Shown here one piece after another: positions 1-8,105 of a stretch of 64,000 nucleotides of DNA. The notes beneath the pieces are model-generated. The model saw only the letters and a program-made list of their open reading frames with translations, was not told where the DNA came from and did no database searches. Position numbers and translations under genes: made by a program. Every line of letters begins with the position of its first letter. Position 1 is the first letter of the stretch. This DNA is from an uncultured Actinomycetes bacterium (GTDB lineage: Bacteria; Actinomycetota; Thermoleophilia; UBA2241), in assembly GCA_963767005.1 (NCBI GenBank), contig CAVYCN010000002.1, positions 224,001 through 288,000 of the forward strand. Direction: 5' to 3'.

Positions 1-1304
1 GCCAGGCGCAGCGGGGCGCCGCCGCCGGCGGCGAGGGCGACGAGTACGGCGCCGGCCAGGGCGCACAGGGCGGCGCGGCCGCGCGGCAGCGGCCGGTCGG
101 CTACGAGGCGCGCGAGCGCGCCGGCCACCAGGATCGCGAGGAACGGGATCGCCGGCGTGAGGTAGTAGATGTAGGACTGGCGGCTCGTGGCCAGCCAGGG
201 CAGGTAGAGGCAGGCGGCGAGCAGCGCGGGGGCGGTGCCGGCGAGGTCGCGCCGGCGGGCCGCGAGCCAGACCACGGCGACGAGGGCGACGATCGAACCC
301 CAAAGCAGCAGCGGGTTGCCGATCGCGACGAGACCGACGACGTCGCCGTGCGGCGCGAGCGCCCAGCGATACCAGATCGGCGTCGCGTCGAAGATCCAGG
401 TGAGCGGTCGCGAGGCCATGGTCGAGACGCCCTGCACGTTCCAGTTGAAGGTCGCCATGTAGCGCTGCAGGTGGAGCCACTGGCCGAGCGTGTGGCCGCT
501 TGCGAAGTAGTCGGCATAGCTTGCCACGTAGACGGCGAGCGGCAGGACGACGAGGCACGCGAGGGCGGCCGCGGCGCGGCCTGCCGCGCCGCCGGCGACT
601 TCGCCTGCCGGCCGCGCCCGCCGCTCGCGCACCACGGCCACGGCCACGATGCCGGCCGCGGCCACGAGGGCGAACAGGCCGGACCATTTGCTGGCGACCG
701 CGCAGCCGCCGGCGAGTCCGGTGAGCACGAGCCAGCGCGCCGGACGTCTTGGGCTGCCCGACTGCACGAAGCGCAGAGCGCAGTAGATGCAGACGGCCGA
801 CCAGAGGGCGACGAAGGGGTCGAGCACGCCGATGCGCGACTCGGTCATCAGCATAGTGTCGGCCGCGGCGAGCACGAGGGCCACGAAGGCCCAGCGCGGC
901 GCCAGGCCGAGGCGGCGGGCGAGCGGGTAGACGAGCGCGATCAGCAGCGTCCCGGCGATGGCCGCCGGCACGCGCCAGCCCCAGGGGCCGTCGCCCAGGA
1001 CCTCGACGCCGGCGGCGATCGCCAGCGTGCCGAGCTCCGGGTGGGCGAGCGAGCGGGCCGCGCCCGGCTTCCAGGGCGCCGATCCGCGCGGTCCGAGGCC
1101 GCCGTGCACGATCACGCCGGCGTCGTGTGCGTAGTAGTGCTCGTCGAAGACGTAGGTGCGGTAGACGCCGAGGTTCACAAAACGCACGGCGGCCGAGAGG
1201 GCGACGACGACGAGCACGCCCGCGAGCAGGGCGCGCGCCGACGGCGCGCGCCCGCGCGGCGCGGCCGCCGGCGTCAGGCGGACGGGGGCCGCGGGCTCGG
1301 TCAT
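1..1304 (-). CDS. Protein O-mannosyltransferase (PMT/GT39-like) paralog 2, 3' end outside the window
   Basis: Not in the ORF track. Manual translation from ATG 1304 (overlapping the upstream TGA): MTEPAAPVRL...VRFVNLGVYRTYVFDEHYYAHDA...HPELG...ESRIGVLDPF...ASKWSG...GNPLLLWG. These motifs parallel the upstream PMT. Confidence 0.85.
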   Translation of the reverse strand, partial: MTEPAAPVRLTPAAAPRGRAPSARALLAGVLVVVALSAAVRFVNLGVYRTYVFDEHYYAHDAGVIVHGGLGPRGSAPWKPGAARSLAHPELGTLAIAAGVEVLGDGPWGWRVPAAIAGTLLIALVYPLARRLGLAPRWAFVALVLAAADTMLMTESRIGVLDPFVALWSAVCIYCALRFVQSGSPRRPARWLVLTGLAGGCAVASKWSGLFALVAAAGIVAVAVVRERRARPAGEVAGGAAGRAAAALACLVVLPLAVYVASYADYFASGHTLGQWLHLQRYMATFNWNVQGVSTMASRPLTWIFDATPIWYRWALAPHGDVVGLVAIGNPLLLWGSIVALVAVVWLAARRRDLAGTAPALLAACLYLPWLATSRQSYIYYLTPAIPFLAILVAGALARLVADRPLPRGRAALCALAGAVLVALAAGGGAPLRL

Positions 1305-3022
1305 CAGATCCAGTTGCGGAACCACATGAGGTGGTAGAAGTGGGGGATCGCGATCGGCAGGTCGATGAGGATCGGCAGGAACGCGAGGCAGACGCCGGTG
1401 ACGGCGCCGGCGTAGACCCACGTGACGTAGGGCCACAGGCGTTTGGCCGGCGCCCAGAAGAACAGGCCGAGGGTGACGAGCACCGCCACGGTGATGCCGA
1501 CGGCCAGGGTCACGCGGGCGAGGTCGACCGAGAGGATGGCGGGGTCGCGCCAGAACAGCCAGTCGGCGGCCACGCCGATCTGGTACCAGAACAGCGCGAC
1601 GACCACGCAGGCGGCCGCGTAGCAGGCGGCCGCGAGCTGCCAGCGCGGCACGCGGCTCGCGGCGAGTTCGCGAAGCATGGCGGCCACGGCGAGGGCCATG
1701 AACGGCGCGACCGGCGTCATGTAGTACATGAACGACGTGCGGGTCGTGCGCAGCCAGGGCAGGTAGAGCAGGGCTACCATGATCGGCAGTACGGCGAGCT
1801 CGCGGTCGCGGCGGCGCACGGCGAGCACGACGAGGCCGACCAGGGCGGCGATGGAACCCCACCAGAGCAGCGGGTTGCCGATCGAGATGATGCCGTGCAC
1901 GCGCCCACCGATCTGCTCGTAGTAGTACCAGACGGGGCGGTAGTCGAAGATCCAGGTGTAGGCGCGCGAGGCGTAGGTGTGGGTGGCGTGGAGGCTCTCG
2001 TTGAACCACCACATCTCCTGCTGGAGCTGCCACCACTGCGAGAGCGTGTGGTGGCCGACGGCGAAGTAGTCGACGTAGCTGGCGAAGTAGAGGCCGGCTG
2101 GCAGGGCGACCAGCGACAGCGACGGCAGGCGCACCTCGGGCACGCCGACCTCGAGCGTCACGACGCCGGCGGCCGCGAGGGCGATCGCGAGCGAGACGTG
2201 CGGCAGGAGCCCGGGAGCGCGGATGCCGAGCGCGGTGAACGCGCCGCCGGCGACCACCAGGCCCACACCGGCGGCGAGCCAGGGCCAGCGCCGCCAGGCC
2301 GCGTCGGGCCGGCGCCGGTGCAGCAGGATGTAGGCGGCCGCCGCGGCGATCGCGAAGGCGCCCGACCACTTGGTGCCGAGCGCGAGGCCGCCGGCGAGGC
2401 CGCACAGCACGAGCCAGCGGGTGCGGTGCCCGCTTTGCACATAACGCAGCGCCAGGTAGACGCAGAGCACCGACCAGAAGGCGACGAAGATGTCGAGCGT
2501 GGCGATGCGCGACTGCACGATGCCGAGAAAGTCGGAGGCGGCCAGCACGAGGCCGAGCAGCGCCCAGACGGGCGGCAAGCCGAGGCGTCGGCCGATGGGG
2601 TAGACGAGGCAGAGGAGCAGCGTACCGACGATCGCCGCGACGATGCGCCAGCCGAAGGAGTGGTAGCCGAAGGCGGCCTCGCCGGCGGCGATCGCGTACT
2701 TGCCGTACTCGGGGTGCGGCCACGAGATCTCCTTGCCGGGCTCCCAGGGGTAGACGGCGGTGCCGGCGAGCGCGCCCTGCAGGATCGCGTGGGCGTCCTT
2801 GGCGTAGTAGACCTCGTCGAAGACGAGCGTGGCCGGTCGCTGGAGCTCGTACAGGCGCACCGTCGCCGACGCGATGAGGACGAGCAGGACCAGGACGACG
2901 ATCACGCCGGGGGCGCGGTCGGGACGGCGCGGCCCGTCTTCGGGAGGAGGGTCGGCGACCCGGTCGGCGACCTTTCGGGGACGCCTGGTGGGCCTGCTGC
3001 GCGGCTCTCGGGTCTTGACCAT
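1304..3022 (-). CDS. Protein O-mannosyltransferase (PMT/GT39-like, phospholipid-carrier-dependent glycosyltransferase)
   Basis: FDEVYY, HPEYGK, QSRIATLDIF, TKWSG, HTYAS and GNPLLWW motifs; polytopic membrane protein. TATAAT at 3030-3035 (minus) lies 7 nt before ATG 3022, suggesting a leaderless start. Confidence 0.88.
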   Translation of the reverse strand: MVKTREPRSRPTRRPRKVADRVADPPPEDGPRRPDRAPGVIVVLVLLVLIASATVRLYELQRPATLVFDEVYYAKDAHAILQGALAGTAVYPWEPGKEISWPHPEYGKYAIAAGEAAFGYHSFGWRIVAAIVGTLLLCLVYPIGRRLGLPPVWALLGLVLAASDFLGIVQSRIATLDIFVAFWSVLCVYLALRYVQSGHRTRWLVLCGLAGGLALGTKWSGAFAIAAAAAYILLHRRRPDAAWRRWPWLAAGVGLVVAGGAFTALGIRAPGLLPHVSLAIALAAAGVVTLEVGVPEVRLPSLSLVALPAGLYFASYVDYFAVGHHTLSQWWQLQQEMWWFNESLHATHTYASRAYTWIFDYRPVWYYYEQIGGRVHGIISIGNPLLWWGSIAALVGLVVLAVRRRDRELAVLPIMVALLYLPWLRTTRTSFMYYMTPVAPFMALAVAAMLRELAASRVPRWQLAAACYAAACVVVALFWYQIGVAADWLFWRDPAILSVDLARVTLAVGITVAVLVTLGLFFWAPAKRLWPYVTWVYAGAVTGVCLAFLPILIDLPIAIPHFYHLMWFRNWI

Positions 3023-3033
3023 TCGCGACATTA

Positions 3034-3086
3034 TAGTGCCGGCGAGCGACTTCGTCGTCGCCGCTCAGGCAAGCGTGACTGCGTCG
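3034..3086. repeat. Dispersed ~55-bp repeat, copy 1
   Basis: tagtgccggcgagcgacttcgtcgtcgccgctcaggcaagcgtgactgcgtcg aligns with the copies at 21824 and 25221. Confidence 0.75.
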
Positions 3087-3098
3087 GGCGCGGTCGGC

Positions 3099-3695
3099 TC
3101 AGGCGCCGTCGGCCCGTTCGCGGGCCGGCTGTCGCGGTCCCGCTGCGGGCGCCGCCAGGGCGGCGCCGGCGCCGCGCATGCCGGCCGCGATCAGCCAGGC
3201 CAGGCCGACGGCGATCAGCAGGTCGCCCGGACTGAAGACGTTGGCGAGCGGCACGGCGTGAGGCAGGGCGAAGACGTCGCCGAGGAAGCCGAGATGCGTG
3301 GCCGCGCCGGCGACCTCGGAGTTGTTGTGGTGCCCGGTCGCCTCGACCAGGCCGGCGAGGCGCAGGGCGGCCCGGCTGGCCGGCATGTAGCCGCCGTTCA
3401 CGACGATCGTCACGGCGTTGCTGATGACCCCGGCGCCAAAGCAGACGACTGGCCGGCGGCGGATGTTCGCGGCCACGAAGGTCAGCAGGAGCGCATACGA
3501 GGCGAGGTGGAGCGCGATGATCGCGGCCCCCGGGAGGCGTTCGCCGAGCGGCGAGAAGGCGACGAGCTGCAGGGCCAGGGCGAGCACGACGAGCGCTGCG
3601 AGGCGCAGCGAGAGCCGCTCGAGGTTGCCGAGCGAGCCGCCGAGCAGCGTGCCGGCGAGCAGGCCGCCGACGACGGCTACGACGAGGACGAACAC
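3099..3695 (-). CDS. DUF5317-family membrane protein (putative LspA-like aspartic peptidase)
   Basis: GTG 3695 overlaps the end of the HD-GYP gene. MFVLVVAVVGGLLAGTLLGGSLGNL...SNAVTIVVNGGYMP...LGDVF...VFSPGDLLIAVG motifs are typical of DUF5317. Confidence 0.8.
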   Translation of the reverse strand: MFVLVVAVVGGLLAGTLLGGSLGNLERLSLRLAALVVLALALQLVAFSPLGERLPGAAIIALHLASYALLLTFVAANIRRRPVVCFGAGVISNAVTIVVNGGYMPASRAALRLAGLVEATGHHNNSEVAGAATHLGFLGDVFALPHAVPLANVFSPGDLLIAVGLAWLIAAGMRGAGAALAAPAAGPRQPARERADGA

Positions 3696-4996
3696 GACTC
3701 GCGCGGGGTCGAAGGCAGCGCCACGAGACGGGGCTTGGCCGGGTTGCGCCAGCAGCCGATGAAGGCGTCGACGAGATCGGGGTCGAACTGGCGCCCGGCG
3801 CCGCGGCGCAGCTCGGCGAGCGCGATCTCCGACGACAGGGCCGCGCGGTACGGACGATCGGACGTCATGGCGTCGTAGGCGTCGGCGACGGTGATGATGC
3901 GCGCCCCGAGCGGGATCTGCGTGCCGGCCAGGCCGTCGGGGTAGCCACGCCCGTCCCAGCGCTCGTGATGGTGGCGGATGTAGTCGCGCCCCTTGCGGTA
4001 CATGCTGAACTGTCCGGCGAGCTCGCTGCCGTCGGCCGGATGGGCGATGATCGCGCGGCGCTCCTCTTCGGTCAGCGACGCCTGCTTGTAGAGGATGCGG
4101 TTGTCGGTCGCGATCTTGCCGAGGTCGTGCACACGCGCGGCCGAGATGACGAGGTCGATCTCTTTGCGCGGCAGGTCGAGGGCGCGGGCGATCTCGCCGG
4201 CGTACTCGGCCACCCGCAGGGAGTGGGCGTAGGTGTACTCGTCGCGCTTGTCGACGGTGTCGGCGAGCAGGGCGAGGGCGTGGTCGGTCTCGCTCTGCAG
4301 GTTGGCGTAGAGCTTGAACCCCGTGTAGATGACGAGGATCAGGAACGGGAAGTAGAGGATGTTCCAGGGGCTGTCCTGGTAGGCGAAGGCCAGCAGGGCG
4401 CCGAGCGGTGTCATCGACACGTAGAGGATGCCCATCTCGCGGAACGACGCCGTCCATTCGTGGAAGAAGGAGCGGCCCGAGAGCGTGATGATGCCGGCCA
4501 CCAGGGTGTCGTTCACGAGCAGGAAGATGGCCGCCGAGACGACGATCGCGGGCGCGTCGCGGCGCAGATCGACGGGGCCGGACACGGCGAGCAGCCGGTA
4601 GACCACGGCGGCGAGCGCCGAGGTGAGGCAGACCTGGCTGCTGTTGAACAGGACGCGGCTCCAGTGGCGCCGCGAGAGGACGAGGTCGCTGCCCACGACG
4701 CCGCCCATGGCGACGACGCTGGCGAAGGCCGGTCCGTAGAGGATGGTGGCCGCGAAGGCCACGGTGAGTGACAGCGACATGCTGCCCTCGAAGCTCGACG
4801 CGACCGCCCAGCGTTCGCTCGCGATGGCCGCGCCGAGGAGCACGACGAGGTCGGTCCAGTGGTGGCTGGGGAACGTGTGGAAGGTGGCGGCCAGGAGGAG
4901 GGCCGCGCCGGCGGTGACGCCGCCGATGTACGTTGCCACCGCAGGCGACACCCGGGTCGGGGTGGTGGGTGCCGCCTGCGGTGGCTGCTCCGTCAT
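3677..4996 (-). CDS. Membrane-anchored HD-GYP c-di-GMP phosphodiesterase (multi-TM N-terminal sensor plus HD-GYP domain)
   Basis: About 230 aa of hydrophobic N-terminus, followed by HSLRVA, HDLGK, HHERWDGRGYP and ADAYDAMTSDRPYR motifs. Confidence 0.92.
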   Translation of the reverse strand: MTEQPPQAAPTTPTRVSPAVATYIGGVTAGAALLLAATFHTFPSHHWTDLVVLLGAAIASERWAVASSFEGSMSLSLTVAFAATILYGPAFASVVAMGGVVGSDLVLSRRHWSRVLFNSSQVCLTSALAAVVYRLLAVSGPVDLRRDAPAIVVSAAIFLLVNDTLVAGIITLSGRSFFHEWTASFREMGILYVSMTPLGALLAFAYQDSPWNILYFPFLILVIYTGFKLYANLQSETDHALALLADTVDKRDEYTYAHSLRVAEYAGEIARALDLPRKEIDLVISAARVHDLGKIATDNRILYKQASLTEEERRAIIAHPADGSELAGQFSMYRKGRDYIRHHHERWDGRGYPDGLAGTQIPLGARIITVADAYDAMTSDRPYRAALSSEIALAELRRGAGRQFDPDLVDAFIGCWRNPAKPRLVALPSTPRESCSSSS

Positions 4997-5054
4997 GATT
5001 CAGATGTCAGGCTGGCTTGCTGCCTGCGCCGGATCGACGCGTGCTACGCGCGCG

Positions 5055-5147
5055 TCAGTCCCACTTGAGCCAGGCGCCGCTCGTGACGGCGAGCGCCACG
5101 ACCAGGGCCAGCGTGATGACGACTTTGTTCGTGAGGATGCTCTTCAT
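5055..5147 (-). CDS. 30-aa signal-peptide-like small protein MKSILTNKVVITLALVVALAVTSGAWLKWD
   Basis: Manual translation; strong SD (GGAGAGGGAG) upstream of the ATG; paralogous to 5194-5289. Confidence 0.8.
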   Translation of the reverse strand: MKSILTNKVVITLALVVALAVTSGAWLKWD

Positions 5148-5193
5148 GTTGGATCTCCCTCTCCCAAGGTGACGAGTCGCGTGCGCCCGAGTG

Positions 5194-5289
5194 TCAGCTC
5201 CACTTCTTGAAGGCGCCGCTCGCGAGCGCGAGTGACACGATCAGCGCCACCATCGCGAGCTTAGGGTAGGTGCCTTTCAGCAACCTCAT
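5194..5289 (-). CDS. 31-aa signal-peptide-like small protein MRLLKGTYPKLAMVALIVSLALASGAFKKWS
   Basis: SD (AAGGGAGGG) just before ATG 5289; shares the C-terminal LA(L/V)(A/T)SGA[FW]xKWx motif with 5055-5147. Confidence 0.8.
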   Translation of the reverse strand: MRLLKGTYPKLAMVALIVSLALASGAFKKWS

Positions 5290-5385
5290 GAGCCCTCCCT
5301 TCGTGCGTCGGTCCCCACCAGACCGGTCGGGCCGTCCGTGACGTTGCCAGGCGTCGTGCGGACGGTCATGTCCGAGTGCTTCTGG

Positions 5386-5413
5386 ATATCGGCACCGGCT
5401 TTGCCGTTCTTTA
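5386..5413 (-). promoter_or_regulatory. Sigma28 (FliA/SigD/WhiG)-type promoter
   Basis: The minus strand reads TAAA-gaacggcaaagccggt(16)-GCCGATAT, matching the sigma28/SigD consensus, ~100 nt upstream of the first small ORF. Confidence 0.75.
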
Positions 5414-5543
5414 ACTTGGAACGAGGCTCTCGTGAAAGGAACAGGCGTGCGTCGGCGCTGGCGGCCCGGCACGTCGTGTGATATCACTCTCACGGCTCGA
5501 GCGTCCGCCGCGCCGCCGGTCCGGCCGGCGGCCTCTTCCGAGC

Positions 5544-5557
5544 CGAACGTCTGTTCG
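5544..5557. promoter_or_regulatory. Possible LexA (SOS) box
   Basis: CGAACGTCTGTTCG fits GAAC-N4-GTTC, like the boxes at lexA and dinB. Confidence 0.4.
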
Positions 5558-5612
5558 TCGAGTGCACCCGAGCCGCGCCCGGGCGCGACAGGACCAAGGA
5601 GGGAACCGCAAC

Positions 5613-6251
5613 ATGACCGACCAACAGCACGAGGTCCTCGCCACGGTGAGGGACAAGATCGCCAACCCGGCGCCGCTCGGGCTCATGGCGTTCGGCATGA
5701 CCACCGTGCTGCTCAACCTGAGCAACGCCGGCCTCTTTCCGCTGAACAGCGTGGTCCTCGCCATGGGCGTCTTCTACGGCGGCGCGGCGCAAGTGATCGC
5801 CGCCCTGCAGGAGTACAAGAAGAACAACGTCTTCGGGGCGACCGCCTTCGCTTCGTACGGCTTCTTCTGGATGAGCTTCGTCGCGATCTTCGCCTTCCCG
5901 AAGTGGATCGGCATCGAGGCCGCGAGCACGACGGCGCTCGGCTGGTACCTGCTCGCCTGGGGCGTCTTCACCGGCCTCATGTTCGTCGCCACGCTGCGCA
6001 TCAACGTGAGCCTGCAGGTGGTGTTCGGCAGCCTGACGATCCTGTACGTGCTGCTCACGCTCCATTTCTGGACCGGCAACGCGATGCTCGGCAAGGTCGC
6101 CGGCTGGGAGGGCGTCTTCGTGGGCCTGTCGGCCATGTACGGCGCGATCGCCCAGATCTGGAACGAGGTCTACGGCGAGGTCGTGCTGCCGCTCGGCCAG
6201 GTCGAGCGGCCGCGCGCCGTCAAGGTGATGCCGTCGACGAGCGGCAAGTAG
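5613..6251 (+). CDS. satP: Acetate/succinate transporter, GPR1/FUN34/YaaH (SatP) family
   Basis: ANPAPLGLMAFGMTT signature, FYGG and AFASYGFFW; SD AAGGAGG before ATG 5613. Confidence 0.9.
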   Translation: MTDQQHEVLATVRDKIANPAPLGLMAFGMTTVLLNLSNAGLFPLNSVVLAMGVFYGGAAQVIAALQEYKKNNVFGATAFASYGFFWMSFVAIFAFPKWIGIEAASTTALGWYLLAWGVFTGLMFVATLRINVSLQVVFGSLTILYVLLTLHFWTGNAMLGKVAGWEGVFVGLSAMYGAIAQIWNEVYGEVVLPLGQVERPRAVKVMPSTSGK

Positions 6252-6272
6252 CCGGCTCCGTCACGCCGCCTC

Positions 6273-6320
6273 GACGGGGGCGGGCCGCTCCGCACGGAGC
6301 GGCCCGCCCCCGTCCCTTTT
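6273..6320 (+). terminator. Intrinsic terminator
   Basis: gacgggggcgggccgctcc-gcac-ggagcggcccgcccccgtc stem followed by cctttt. Confidence 0.75.
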
Positions 6321-6437
6321 CCGCGCTCGACCAGACGGCCGCCCTTGCCGGCGGCCAGGTATATCCTAGGTAGAGAGAGTGAACGCGCCGCGCCCGGTCG
6401 CGGGCGCGGCGTTCGTGCACGAGACGTGGAGGTCGCC

Positions 6438-8105
6438 ATGAGCGTCGTCGGATCGGATCGGGTCGTACGCGCGCCGCGGGGCACGCAGCTGTCGTGCCGC
6501 GGCTGGCAGCAGGAAGCCGCCCTGCGCATGCTCATGAACAACCTCGACCCCGAGGTCGCCGAGCGGCCTCAGGACCTCGTGGTCTACGGTGGCGCCGGCA
6601 AGGCGGCGCGCAGCTGGGAGGCCTTCGACGCGATCGTCGCCACCCTGCGCCGCCTGGGCGACGACGAGACGCTGCTCGTGCAGTCGGGCAAGCCGGTCGG
6701 CGTGTTCGAGACGCACCCCTGGGCGCCGCGCGTGCTGATCGCCAACGCCAACCTCGTGGGCGACTGGGCGAACTGGGACGAGTTCCGTCGCCTCGACGCT
6801 CTCGGCCTCACCATGTACGGCCAGATGACGGCCGGCTCGTGGATCTACATCGGCACGCAGGGCATCCTGCAGGGCACCTACCAGACCTTCGCCGCGGCCG
6901 GCGAGAAACACTATGGCTCAGACCTGGCAGGTCGCCTCGTGCTCACGGCCGGCCTGGGCGGCATGGGCGGCGCTCAGCCCCTGGCCGTCACCATGGCCGG
7001 CGGCGTGGCACTGTGCGTCGAGGTCGATCCCGTGCGCATCAAGCGGCGCCTCGAGACCGGCTACGTCGACCAGTCGACCGAATCCCTGGACGAAGCGCTG
7101 CGCTGGGCGGCGGCCGCCGCCAATGCCAGGCAGTCGCTCTCGATCGCCCTGCTGGGCAACGCCGCCGACGTCTACCCCGAGCTCGTGCGACGCGGCGTCG
7201 TGCCCGACCTCGTGACCGACCAGACCTCGGCGCACGACACGCTCAACGGCTACATCCCGAACGGCATGTCCTACGACGAGGCCCTCGCGCTGCGCGCGAG
7301 CGACCCGGGCGAGTACGTCAAGCGGGCCGTCGCGGCGATCGTCGAGCACGTGCAGGCGATGGTGGCGCTGCAGAGGGCGGGCTCAAACGTCTTCGACTAC
7401 GGCAACAACATCCGCGGCGAGGCTAAGGCGGCCGGCTTCGCCGACGCCTTCGCCTTCCAGGGCTTCGTGCCGCTCTACATCAGGCCGCTCTTCTGCCGCG
7501 GCAACGGTCCCTTCCGCTGGGCGGCGCTGTCGGGCGATCCGGCCGACATCACGCGCACCGACCGCGCCGTGCTCGAGACCTTCCCTGACAACGAGATGGT
7601 GACCCGCTGGATCCGCATGGCCGCCGAGAAGGTCCATTTTCAGGGGCTGCCCTGCCGCATCTGCTGGCTCGAGTACGGCGAGCGGGCGAAGATGGGCAAG
7701 GTCTTCAACGAGCTCGTGCGCTCGGGCGAGGTCAAGGCGCCGATCGTGATCGGCCGCGACCACCTCGACTCGGGCTCGGTGGCCTCGCCCTATCGCGAGA
7801 CCGAGGCCATGCGCGACGGCTCCGACGCGATCGCCGACTGGCCCATTCTGAACGCGCTCCTGAACACGGCCGCCGGCGCCTCGTGGGTGAGCTTCCACCA
7901 CGGCGGCGGCGTGGGCATCGGCAAGAGCCTGCACGCCGGCATGGTGGTCGTCGCCGACGGCACCGACATGATGGCCGAGCGCCTGCGGCGCGTGCTCACC
8001 ACCGACCCCGGCACGGGCGTGATGCGCCACGCCGACGCGGGCTATCCCGAGGCGCTCGAGGCCGCGCGTGAGTACGGCATCGACCTGCCGATGGCGGGGG
8101 CGTGA
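6438..8105 (+). CDS. hutU: Urocanate hydratase
   Basis: [34 protein letters not shown] and [18 protein letters not shown] motifs; SD GGAGG before ATG 6438. Confidence 0.97.
   Translation: MSVVGSDRVVRAPRGTQLSCRGWQQEAALRMLMNNLDPEVAERPQDLVVYGGAGKAARSWEAFDAIVATLRRLGDDETLLVQSGKPVGVFETHPWAPRVLIANANLVGDWANWDEFRRLDALGLTMYGQMTAGSWIYIGTQGILQGTYQTFAAAGEKHYGSDLAGRLVLTAGLGGMGGAQPLAVTMAGGVALCVEVDPVRIKRRLETGYVDQSTESLDEALRWAAAAANARQSLSIALLGNAADVYPELVRRGVVPDLVTDQTSAHDTLNGYIPNGMSYDEALALRASDPGEYVKRAVAAIVEHVQAMVALQRAGSNVFDYGNNIRGEAKAAGFADAFAFQGFVPLYIRPLFCRGNGPFRWAALSGDPADITRTDRAVLETFPDNEMVTRWIRMAAEKVHFQGLPCRICWLEYGERAKMGKVFNELVRSGEVKAPIVIGRDHLDSGSVASPYRETEAMRDGSDAIADWPILNALLNTAAGASWVSFHHGGGVGIGKSLHAGMVVVADGTDMMAERLRRVLTTDPGTGVMRHADAGYPEALEAAREYGIDLPMAGA

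Noticed and set aside
3696-4457. N-terminal 250 aa of the listed ORF 3099..4457
   Set aside because: It is an alternative frame overlapping the HD-GYP gene. DUF5317-like sequence begins only at GTG 3695.
5300-5440. c-di-GMP-I riboswitch upstream of the HD-GYP operon (GGCAAA seen on the minus strand)
   Set aside because: It lacks the GAAA-capped P2 stem and the GACGCAAAGC element. The sequence is better explained as the sigma28 promoter spacer.
5290-5493. 99-aa version of ORF 5194..5493
   Set aside because: The SD and the paralog support ATG 5289, and the extension spans the promoter.
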